Below the pieces are notes generated by a model that saw only the letters and a program-made list of their open reading frames with translations, did no database searches and was not told the origin of the DNA. From NCBI GenBank assembly GCA_035221665.1, contig CM069138.1, forward strand, positions 22,258,001-22,322,000: a DNA stretch of 64,000 bases, written 5' to 3'. The stretch is from Okamejei kenojei. Lineage: Eukaryota. Both the position numbers and the translations under genes were made by a program. This document shows positions 12,101 through 24,100 of this stretch, one piece after another. The number at the start of each line of letters is the position of its first letter. Within the stretch, counting starts at the first letter, position 1.

Positions 12101-15100
12101 GCTCCTGTATTCCAAAACAATGAGCTACCTGTCCTGCCCCTCCCTTAACCAGGTTTCAGTCATGGCTACAACGTCGCAGTCATTCATAGCCATGCCCATG
12201 TGAGACAAAATGATTGAAGTTATGAAGCCAGAGGAAGGAATGTAGGTGAAGGGGGAGAGGAGAAATATGTGTGAGCCTAGGTGGGGCACAGAGGAGGGGG
12301 GAGGGGAGGGGGGAAGTAAGAAAGGGGGATGTGAGGGAGAAAGGGAGCAGAAAGTGCTTGGTTAGATCATAAAACAGTATAGTCAGGCAATATAGAAACG
12401 ATCCTTTGCAAAATTAAACTAATCTTCTCTACCAACATGTGAAACATATCCCTCAATATACAGCATTTTTATGGGTGCCAAACTAAAAGTCTCTAAAGTC
12501 TCTTAAACACCACTATTATATTTGCCCCCACCATTATACCTGGCAACCCCAAACCCCGCACATCTAACCTACAATGGAGCAAGCAGAACTCACACTGAAC
12601 TTTAAATACAGCTAAACCAATGTTTTATAAAGATGCAGCATGACATCCTGACTTTTATACTCAATGCTGCTACCAATGAAGGAACGTAACAGTTACTAGA
12701 AGGTGTAGCGGTGTTACAGAAAAGAGGGTGGGGATGAGCGAGTCCAATAGGAAATTATTAATTAATTGTTGTCCCTGGAAGGTTAGAATGTTGAAAGATG
12801 GGGCCCTGTTTGTTGAGCACAAGATGGTGGGGTCAGATTCAGGCTAACATAATACAAGATACAAGATACATTCATTTGTCACGAATACCAATTGGTACAG
12901 TGAAATGTGTGGTCGCCATACAGCCACACAAAAAATAAAGAGCACATAACACGATAGTCTTAACATAGACATCCCCACACAGTGGGATTAAAGTTTCCTA
13001 CTGTGAGGGAAGGCTCCAAAATTCACTCATCCTCCTCTGTTGTCCTCCCATGGTCGGAGGGCTCCCGAACCCCCCGCAGTCGCTGCTATGGGCGGCCTGC
13101 TGTTCAGGCCCGCTCGCCGGAGTGATGGAAGTCCGACGTCGGGACTGGAGGACATCCTCAGCGGCTTGGACATCCGAATCGGCCACCTCCTACCGGAGTC
13201 CGCAGCTCCCGAAGGCCACAGGCCACGCTGGGCGGAGATTCAACACTGGCGGCCCTCGGCAAAGGGCCCCAGGACTCAGCGATGTTGAAGTCAGCACTGG
13301 CCGCACTGGAAGCTCTGCAAACCACAGCTCCAATGTTGAAGCAGCAGGCCCAACGCTCCAGAGCTCCAAACGGCGATCCAGGTATGCATCGCCCGCTCCA
13401 CGATGTATCCAGTGCTGCGACGCCGCTGCTGAAGCTCTGGTTCCGTCCCTTACAGGAAAGGCCGATTCAATCCAGGTGGTAGGCCACGAGGAGGGGGGCG
13501 AGGACGCGACTCGATAGTCGCATCCTAGCCAGGAAGTGACTGGGAAACGGTTTCCCCCTTACCCTATCCCCCTCCCCCACATCGAAAAGCTAAAGAAATC
13601 TCCTAAACAAACTTTAAAACTGACCAAAAATAAAACAGAGAGAAGAACAGACAGACTGTGGCAGAGACTGCCATCAATGTGGCGCCCCCTAGTGTCCCTT
13701 TTAATAAGGTAAAGTGTGACTGTAAACTTGGAGCCAGAGCAGAAAAGTGATGGTCCACAAATAGCCAACAGATGTATATTTGTCCGTCTAATTCATTAGA
13801 AAGCATAAATAAATACATGAAAATGAATCGGTATGGGCAAGTTGGGCCGAAGGGCCTGTATGACTATGAAAACTAAAAGATTCAATATTTTAATGTTTTT
13901 AATATTGTAAATATTGTAAACTGAAATAAAAATGAACGTGCAAAACCGCTATCCCACCCATAGAAACATAGAAAATAGGTGCAGGGGGAGGCCATTTTGC
14001 CCTTCGAGCCAGCACCGCCATTCATTGTGATCATGGCTGATCGTCCGCTATCAATAGCCCGTGCCTGCCTTTTCCCCATATCCCTTGACTCCAGTAGCTC
14101 CTAGAACTCTATCCAACTCTCTCTTAAATCCATCCAGTGAGTTGGCCTCTACTGCCCTCTGTGGCAGGGAATTCCATAACTTCACAACTCTCTGGGTAAA
14201 AAAGTTTATTCTCACCTCAGTCTTAAATGACCTCCCCTTTATTCTAAGGCTGTGGCCCCTGGTTCTGGACTCACCCAATATTGGGAACATTTTTCCTGCA
14301 TCTAGCTTGTCCAGTCCTTTTATAATTTTATATGTTTCTATAAGATTCCCCCTCATCCTTCTAAATCCGGAAGCGGCGGCGCTGCGTGGCAGCTGCGGCT
14401 CACCTGCAGTCCGTCCGTTTTTTTCTTTTCTTTTGTCTTTTTGTGTCTGTTTTAGTTTGGATTTTGGTTTATTAGGTTGTGTTTGTGTGTGTGTGTGGGG
14501 GGGGGGGGGGGGGGGGGGGTGAGGGTGGGAGAAAGAAGGTTTTAGTCTCTCCCTTCGGGGGGATGCGACCTTTTCTTGTCGTGTCCCCCGTCACCGTCTG
14601 TGCTGGGGCCTAATGGCGGAGGCCTAATGGCGGAGCTGGCGGCCTCGGAGCTGTGGCGAGCGTTCAGAGCTCCAGCGTTCCAGCAGCGGCAGCGGCCCAG
14701 CTTCAGAGCTCCGGTGCTCCAGCGGCGTTCCAGCGGTGCTCCAGCGGCGGCCTGGCTTCAGAGCTCCGGTGCTCCAGTGGCGTTCCAGCGTTGCTCCAGC
14801 GGCGGCATGGCTTCAGAGCTCCGGTGCTCCAGCAGTTGCTCCAGCGGCGCTCCTGCGGTGGCCTGGCTTCAGAGCTCCGGCGCTCCAATGGCGTTGCAGT
14901 GGTGCTCCAGCGGCGGCACGGCTTCAGAGCTCCAGCGCTCCAGCGCTCCAGCGGTGGACCCTGATTCAGAACTGTGGCGGTGTTCCAGCATTCCGGCAAT
15001 GGCGGCGGTGGCAGTCCGGCTTCGGAGGCTCGGCCGCGGGCCTAGTGGCCGCGGGCCTAGCGGGCCTAAAGTCTTTGCGCCTGGATCGCCTCAGCGCAAA

Positions 15101-18100
15101 GGGAGAACAAGTAGGGAAGAAGACAAAGATTTTAAGACTTTTGCCTTCCACCACAGTGAGGAGGTGCCTGGTGAACTCACTGTGGTGGATGTTAAATATT
15201 TGTTTATTGTGTGTTTTGTTTTAATTTATTATATGTTATGACTGCAAGGTACCAAAATTTCGTTCAGACCGAAAGGAATCAATCTCGTGAACCTACGCTG
15301 CACTACCTCAATTACAAGGATGTCCTTCCTCAAATTAGGCGACGAAAACTGTACACAATACTCCAGATGTGGTCTCACCAGAGCCCTATACAACTGCCGA
15401 AGAACCTCTTTAGTTCTGTACTGAAATCCGCTTGTTATGAAGGCCAACATTCCATTAGCTTTCTTCACTGTCTGCTGTACCTGTACGCCAACTTTCAGTG
15501 ACTGGTGTACAAGGACACCCAGGTCTCGCTGTACCTCAGCCTTACCAAACCTAACCCCATTGAGATAATAATTTGCCCCCTTGTTTTTGCCGCCAAAGTG
15601 GATAACCTCACATTTATCTATATTATAATGCATCTGCCCACTCACTCAACCTGTCCAGGTCCCCCTGCAACTTCTTAACATCCTCTTCACAGTTCACACT
15701 GCCACCCAGCTTTATGTCATCTGCAAACTTGATAGTGTTGCTCCTAATTCCCTCTTCCAAATCATTAATATATATGGTAAACAGTTGCGGCCCCAACACC
15801 GAACCTTGCAGCACTCCACTCGCCACTGCCTGCCATTCTGAAAAGGACCTGCTCACTCCTACTCTTTGCTTCCGGTCTGCCAACCAATTTTCTATCCATG
15901 TCAGCACCCTACCCCCAATACCATGTGCTCTAATTTTAGTCACCAGTCTCCCGCGCGGGACCTTATGAAAGGCTTTCTGAAAGTCTAGATACACTACATC
16001 CACTGGCACCCCTTCATCCAATTTACTTGTCACATCCTCAAAAATTCCAGAAGATTAGTCAAGCATGATTTCCCTTTCATAAATCCATGTTGATTTGGAC
16101 TAATCCTTTTACTGCTATCCAAATGCTGCGTTATTACCTCTTTAATTATTGACTCCAGCATCTTTCCCACCACCGAAGTCAGGCTAACTGGTCTGTAATT
16201 CCCTGTTTTCTCTCTCGCTCCTTTCTTAAAAAGTGGGATAACATTAGCTATCCTCCAATCCACAAGAACTGATCCTGAATCTATAGAACATTGAAAAATG
16301 ATCACCAATGCGTCCACTATTTCTAGAGCCACCTCCCTGAGGATCCTGGGATGCAGACCATCAGGCCCAGGGGATTTATCATCCTTCAGTCCCATTAGCC
16401 TACCCAATACTATTTCTCGCCTAATGAAAATTTCTTTCAGTTCCTCTACCCCCTTAGATCTTCTGTCCTCCAGTACATCTGGGAGATTGTTTGTGTCCTC
16501 CTTAGTGAAGACAGATCCGAAGTACCTATTAAACTCTTCTGCCATTTCCTTGTTGCCCATAATTATTTCACCCGTGTCTGCCTTCATGGGACCCACATTT
16601 GACTTTGCTACTTTTTTTCCCTTAACATATCTAAAGAAGCTTTTACTGTCCTTCTTTATATTCCTGGCCAGTTTCCCCTCATACTTCATCTTTTCAGCCC
16701 GTATTGCCCGTTTTGTTTCCTTCTGTTGTCCTATGAAAGTTTCCCAACCCTCTGGCTTCCGGCTACTCTTTGCTGCGTTATACATCTTTTCTTTTAGTTT
16801 TATTCTATTCCTAACTTCTCTTGTCAGCAACGGTTGCCTCCTACTCCCCTTAGAATCTTTCTTCCTTTTTGGAATGAAATGATCCTGCGTCTTCCGGATT
16901 ACGCCCAGAAATTCCTGCCATTGCTGTTCCACCGTCATTCCTGCTAGCATCGCTATCCAGTCTACTTTGGCCAGCTCCCCTCTCATGCCTTCATAGTCCC
17001 CTTTGTTCAACTACATCACTGCCACTTCCGATTTAATGTTCTCCTTCTCAAATTGCAGATTAAAACTAATCATATTATGATCATTACCTCTAAGCGGTTG
17101 CTTTACCTCGAGTTCTCTTTATCATATCTGGTTCATTGGACAACACTAAATCCAGAATTGCCTTTTCCCTGGTCAGCTCCATTACAAGCTGCTCTAAGAA
17201 TCCATCTCGGAGGCATTCTACAAACTCTCTTTCTTGGGGTCCTGAACCAACCTGATTTTCCCAGTCTACCTGCATATTGAAATCCCCCATCACCGCAGTG
17301 GCATTACCTTTGTTACATGCCAGTTTTAACTCCTGTTGCAACTTACACCCTACATCCGGGCTACTATTTAGGTATCTGTAAATAACACCAATTAGTGTCT
17401 TCTTGCCTTTACAATTCCTCAACTCAATCCACAGTGACTTTACCTCGTCAGTCCGTACGTATATTCAGTCTCGCAAGGGACTGAATTCCATCCCTCACCA
17501 GCAGAGCTACCCCTCCTCCTCTGCCCACCTGCCTGTCCTTTCTATAGGATGTATAACCCTGAATATTAAGTTCCCAGGCCCGATCCTCCTGCAACCACGT
17601 CTCAGTAATCCCCACAATGTCATATTTACCAACCGCTAACTGAGGCTCAAGCTCATCTACATTACTTCTTATACTTCGTGCATTCATATACAACACTTTT
17701 AATTCCTTACACATCCACAACCCTGGAGGTCCTGCTTTTCAGCATTTTTCCGAGCTCTCTAAAGTTACGCTGCAGAATATTCATCCCGTTCTTTCCGACA
17801 TCGTTTGTGCTGATATGCACTACCACTTCCGGCTGTTCACCTTCGCCCTTGAGGATTTTCTGCACTCTGTCTGTGACATTCCGGATCCTGGCACCAGGCA
17901 GGCAGCACACCATCCTCGAATCTTGTCTGTTGCCGCAGAAACCCCTGTCTGTAACTCTCACAATGGAGTTTCCAACTACAATGGCGTTGCCCGATGTTGG
18001 CCTCTTTGGTTTTGGCTCAACAGCCCTTTTTGCTTCGCAAGCCAGTCTGCCGCTCAGTGTTTTAACGTCTTTTGTCCCTACAGCTTCTAAGTGGGTGAAT

Positions 18101-21100
18101 CTGTTCACCAGAGGCATGCTCTATATTTTCACTATTGGAGATCATTTAGTATTGTGTAAACTGAACTTACTAATGACAATGAGCTGTGTTCCATTCCCTC
18201 TGATATCTCCCCACACTGTGCAGTAATAGACGGCAGAGTAGTTGAGCATTACGTTTGTGACATTCAGCATGAAGCTGCTGTTGGAGTTGTTTTTGCATGG
18301 CTGGAACCGCTCAGTGAAGCCTGGTCTCCTTCGTATGCTGCCTCCTGCCTCGTGTATTAAAATCCACTCCATGTCCTGCCCGGGTAGTTCTCGGTACCAG
18401 TGGACATCAGTGTTTCCCACTTCAGCGTTCTCCACAAAGCACCATAACCGTGCCGTGTCATCCTCAGTGTCACGCTCCAGCCTCTGGAATTGGATCAGGA
18501 TCGGAGGATTTGCATCTTTAATCTTTAAACCACTCAGCACAACCATGCTTCAAGAGTGCACAGAATCTAACACTAAATTATTAGAATTGTTTTAGTCATT
18601 CTACAGGGTGGGAGATTGCAACCTTCACTTGGTCCACCCTGTTTCGATTAATGCAATCAACCCGACATGCACAAACAAATAGATGAAATGACACCACGGT
18701 GGTAGGACTGATCAGCGACAACGACGAGTCAGCCTACAGGGAGGAGGTCCAGCACCTGACAACCTGGTGTGCCGATAATAACCTCGCCCTCAACTCCCAG
18801 AAGACGAAGTAAATCATTGTCGACTTCAGGAAGAACAGAGGGGGCAGACACACCCCCATCCATATAAACGGGACTGAGGTGGAGCGGGTCTCCAACTACA
18901 AATTCCTCGGGGTACACATCTCGGAGGATCTGTCCTGGTCCCTCAACACCTCCAAGCTGACCAAAAAGGCGCAGCAGCGCCTTTACTTCCTGAGGAGGCT
19001 CAAAAAAGCCCACCTGTCCCCCCCTGATCCTGACCAACTTCTACCGCTGTACCATCGAAAGCATCCTGACCACCTGCTTTACGGTATGGTACAGCAGTTG
19101 CACCGTAGCAGACAGGAAGGCACTACAACGGGTGGTGAAAACCGCCCAGCACATCATCGGTGCCCCGCTCCCTGCTTTGGATGCCCTCCACCGAAAACGG
19201 TGTCTGAGACGGGCTGGGAAGATCATCAAGGACCTCTCCCACCCTAACCATGGACTGTTTGCCATCCTACCATCGGGGAGGTGGTACAGGAGCCTCAGGT
19301 CCCGCACCAGCAGGATGAGGAGTAGCTTCTACAATAACACCATCGCACTGCTGAACTCGGAGTCCCGCTGATAGATTTCCACATCTGTATTTATTTATCT
19401 GTATTTATCTATATATTGCTATCACTTCGTACTGTCACTAAACTGCATTTCGTTGTACCCATACTTGTATCTGTGCAATGACATTAAAGTTGAATTGAAT
19501 TGAATTGAATTGAATTGAATTGAATTGAATTGTTAGGCTGTGCATGGTGTACGCAAGAAGAAGAAGTCTTTCTATAGCATGCAATATGGAATTCTTTTGA
19601 TTAGGGCTATAGATGTGTATCGCACAGGAATGGGCTCTTGTGATACTTAAAACCAGAACAATGTTACTGAGTTCAGTGATCCTGCAATATTATATAACCT
19701 GTGCATACAGGTTAGGATAGGTTTGCTCGTGCTGCTCAAGAGAGTTTAAACTAGTGAGGGTAAACAAAAATGCTGGAGAAACTCCGTAGATGCTGCCTCA
19801 CCCGCTGAGTTTCTCCAGCATTTTTGTCTACCTTTGATTTTCCAGCATCTGCAGTTCCTTCTTAAATTAGTGAGACATGGGGTTGGGGCCTAGAATGACA
19901 GCAGACTCACATGCTGAAAATGGAACAGGCAAGCCTAGTGAAAGCATTGGCAGAGATGGGAGGGGGAGCATGAGAGGACCGGTAGGTTAACTGCATTTAC
20001 TTTAAAGCAAGAAGCACAGCAAGTGAGAGGGATGTTGAGAGTGTAGATCAGCACACAAGATTATGAGGGAAAGCGTGAATGAGGGAAGAGCTGAAATCTA
20101 TTATTAATTTATTATTAAGTAAGTGGGGCATTTGGAATATATCAGGACAGGGTGGAGTCAAAAGGTTTTTGTAAAGGAAATCATATTCCACAAATCAGCT
20201 AATTTTTTGGGATTGTAGTTAGCAACACTGATAAGGGAAAACTAGCTGATGTGCATTTGGACTTTCAGAAGGCATTTGACAAGCTACAAAGATGGTGCAG
20301 ATTAAAAAAAACCTCACACATACCTGTCTTTCCACTCGCTATTCATTACACACCCCTAGCCCCTCTGGGTACCTTTATGTGCCATATCACCTCCACCTTC
20401 CGGTTCTGATCTACCACACCATCCACCCTCGAGTTCTACATTTTATTTTGCACCTTCTTTCCTTATCAGATTTCATTATTTGTAATCTTTTGTCTTTTCT
20501 GCTTATCACCTCCAATCTTTGTTAATATCTTCCCCTATCCCTCCTGCACCTCATTCATTTGACAATCAACCCTTCCATATCTGAGTCTACCTGTCACTTG
20601 CAAGCTCTTGCCCCACCCCTACTCCCTCACCTCTTTCCACCAGCTCTCTCCTACTCCATCAGTCTGAAGAGGTCTTGACCCGAAACACTGTCTGTCCATT
20701 TACCATCCCAGATGTTGGCTGATCTGCTGAGTTCCTCTGGGACTAATATCTACATAGGAGATCCTTGGACTATCTTTGATCGGACTTCCCTGGCTTTATC
20801 TAGCACTATACGTTAATCACATTATTCCCATCATCGTAAATCTGTAAACTGTGGATGGCTCAATTGTAATTATCTATTGTCTTTCCGCCGACTGGTTAGC
20901 CCACAAAAGCATTTTACTGTACTTTGGTACACGTGACAATAAATTAAACTCAAACTCATAACCTGAAGCTTGGCTTTTTCCGAAGAATTTGATAATATTT
21001 CTTCTCCCATGTACTTATAAATCTTTTGGATTTTATGAGCTAATCTATTCCTTTTTACAACTCATATGAAGTTATCCGCTTCCTTGCCTTACTCTGATTT

Positions 21101-24100
21101 GTTTCAGGAGGGTTATGGGCCAAAAGCAGGCAGATGGGACTAGTGTAGCTGAGACATGTTGGTCGGTGTGGGGAAGTAGATCAGAGGAGCCTGTTTCCAT
21201 GCATTATGACTATTTGACTTTATGATATTAGTTGGTAATATCTTCCATCTCTGACAACTCAAACCCAAATGGTTGTTCATCCAAAAACCATTTGCGGAGA
21301 CTTTTTACACTTGTGATTTTTGTTTCCTTGTACTCGTCTTTTCACATACATTTCTATTTCCTAGCTGTTGCACTTTACACGCCAAGGATAACCTCCACTC
21401 TCTGTTTTACTGGGAGTGGTACCAAAATCCCATGTGTCAGTGAGTCATTGCGTGACGGTTGAAGTGTAAGCTGCTGTTATCGTCAGTGCAGGCAAACAAT
21501 GACTTACCAGTTACATTGAGCTGGGACCCTGCTCCATAGATGTAACTCCACACACTGCAGTTGTAGACAGCAGTATCATTGATGGAGACATTGACGATGG
21601 TCAGAATGTAACTGTTGCTCATGGCATTCCTGAAAGACTTAAAGCGGTCAGAGATACAGCCGGACCTGGTGACGTTGCCATCCACAAAGTGGCTCATTAC
21701 CCACTCGCTGTTTTTCCCAGGTCGCTGTTGGTTCCAGTGGACGTCAGTGTCACTCACACTGACATTGTGCAAGACACATTGCAACTGCACAGTTACACCC
21801 TCTGCCACCTTGCTGACTGACGGAGATTGGATCAGGACCGGATCATCCAGGGGATCTGTGTGAATATACATGGAGCTCAATGGAAGGCATCATATTTCTC
21901 CAGCATTTAGTGTGTAATAGTTTCTAAAATTTGAATACCATCACATACTTCCCAGGGAGGCTCAGTATAATTGAAGAGTAAGATTATCGGGGATGTCAGA
22001 TTTATGCATGTTCTCCGGACTTGCTGGCTGACCTTTTAAGTTACTCCAACAACTTGTGCCTTTTGTTTTTTAACATATTATTTGCCTTCCAAACTGCCCA
22101 TTCTATCTACATGTTGATCTTAAGTTATTTTGTGCATAAGAACACCCAGATTTTTTTGACATTACAGTCACACAACGTTCAAAAAAAACTTTGCATGTCC
22201 ATTTATCCTGCTTAATGATTATATTTTCCAAGTTTTAGTCCATCTGGCTTGTCTTGCTCTTTATACTTGTCTGTGCCCCACTGCAGCCTCCTCACATGTT
22301 GCTTTGCCTACCAACTAACCTTGACATGTTATACTTGGTCTCCTCATCCTTGATTGTGAATAGTGAGGGTCCCAGCACCAAACCCTGCACCACCTCTCAG
22401 CTTGAATACCTGCAGTTTATTCCAGTTCCTCCAGGAGATTTAACCAAGAGATTCTCCCATCTATGTGTCTGCTTGTGATGAATAATGGTCGATCTTGTCT
22501 ACAGCTACTGTCTCCGCATGGCTCATTGAAAAACCCAACCCGACTTTGCTAGTCACAAACATCTAACAACGTGAGCTTTAAAAGATTTCTCACCGATGAT
22601 GTCCATTTGATACATCCACGTTGACTCTGTTCTTACACCTACCCTATTCTTCTGCCTTTGCAAATGTCGGATTCTGATCTTTCCTTTACTGCCTAGGGTG
22701 CAATGAGTTATCTATTTCACTCGAACATGGAAATCATATTGAGGGGGAATTTCAACCCTGCTTCACACTATTTAACGTGGATTAGCGGCCCATATCAACA
22801 CAATGCAGATGAGCAAAGACTCAGATCCAGACAACAATGAACTGTCAGCCTGAGGGAGGGCATGAACACAGGTGATCAACGTGTAATCTGTTTCTTCTCA
22901 GCTAGTCACAGATCCCTGGCCTTGGATCCAGTGACAGCGTTGTTGTTGCTGCCTCTGTGCTGTGGGTGGTACAAGTGTCAGTGATTCCTGGTTGAAAACA
23001 AGCCTGAAGGTTCGCTGGTCGGCGGGACTGGGAACCTGTCAAAAGGCTCATCTGTTGGCATGACCAGGAGAGAGTTGGAGACGTCAGACACAAGGAGCAA
23101 AGGCCGGTGCGAGGTTGAACCAGGGAAATGTCTCCAGCGCCTTCAGTTAGGCTGCTGGATGCACCCCCGAGACACAAAGATGGCCGGGCGAGGAGAGGAG
23201 AGGGACATTGGTTTGTGGGAACTACTCCAGTGCATCGAGCTGTGGGCTGAGCGGATGTTGCACTTTGAATGATGGAGCCAAAACATGGCGGCACCAGCAT
23301 GTGCAATATATGCAAAAAGAATTTCACTGCACAGTTGCATATGTGACAAATAAAGAACTATTGAACCATTGAACCATTGAAATATGGAGGCAACATTAGT
23401 TCATCTAAAGCCATGACAAGTTGGTGTTCTGCTCTCCTGTACCTTAAGTCAAACAGCTGTGAGCAATGTCCTGCTATTACACTGCGCACTGAACAATGTT
23501 TCTAGTTTTCTCTACAATGAAGAACACACTGCACATTGAAATTTGTTTTCCACAACCCAGATCTGACATACAGGTCAGTTACCATATCAGTGCTGTCACC
23601 ATTAGTGAGGGGCCACAATGTTTTGGTCTCCAGAATCAGGGCTCCAGTATGATCTCCTTACTCTTTCAGTAATTCCGGTACATGTGCCAATTTAAGGGAA
23701 GTGAATTACACCCGATATAGTTACACATAGATGAATAAAACTAAATATAATTTGTACTCACTGGTTACGTTGAGCTGGGTTCCATTCCCTCTGATATCTC
23801 CCCACACTGTGCAGTAATAGACGGCAGAGTCATTGAGCATCACGTTTGTGACCGTCAGGGTGAAGCTGCTGTTGGAAGCCTCTCTGAAAGGCTGGAACCG
23901 CTCAGGGAAGCCTGGTCTCCTTCGTACGCTGCCTCCTGCCTCGTGTGTTAAAACCCACTCCATGTCCTGCCCGGGTAGTTCTCGGTACCAGTGGACGTCA
24001 GTGTTTCCCACTTCAGCGTTCTTCATGGAGCACCGTAACCGTGCCATGTGACCCTCAGTGACACGCTCCAGCCTCGGGAATTGGGTCAGGATTGGAGGAT

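Larger units (their letters stand above)
8990..12200 (-). mobile_element. Degenerate CR1 ORF2 endonuclease region, interrupted by 9198-11300
   Basis: [13 protein letters not shown] in ORF 11645-11908; SVFTEEK-like coding near 9040. Confidence 0.7.
13960..18118 (-). mobile_element. Near full-length CR1 LINE (ORF1 esterase remnant + ORF2 APE-RT), frameshifted
   Basis: ORF1 SGNH-like IVVGNSIVR...CCLPGA...VVVHISTND; ORF2 YMNARSI, GITETW, MGDFN, KSPGPDG, QHGF, KFADD; tail CATAGAAA. Interrupted at 14367-15275. Confidence 0.95.

Noticed and set aside
13715-13747. J-segment-like peptide [11 protein letters not shown] on the minus strand between V4 and the TM exon
   Set aside because: Cys replaces the first Gly of FGxG; no heptamer in front and no splice donor after; likely chance.
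14576-15241. Long overlapping GC-rich ORFs (221 aa, 162 aa)
   Set aside because: Artefacts of a stop-poor minisatellite within a retroposon.
21403-21446. Plus-strand [11 protein letters not shown] followed by gtgagt (J-like)
   Set aside because: Wrong strand for the gene, imperfect motif, no RSS.
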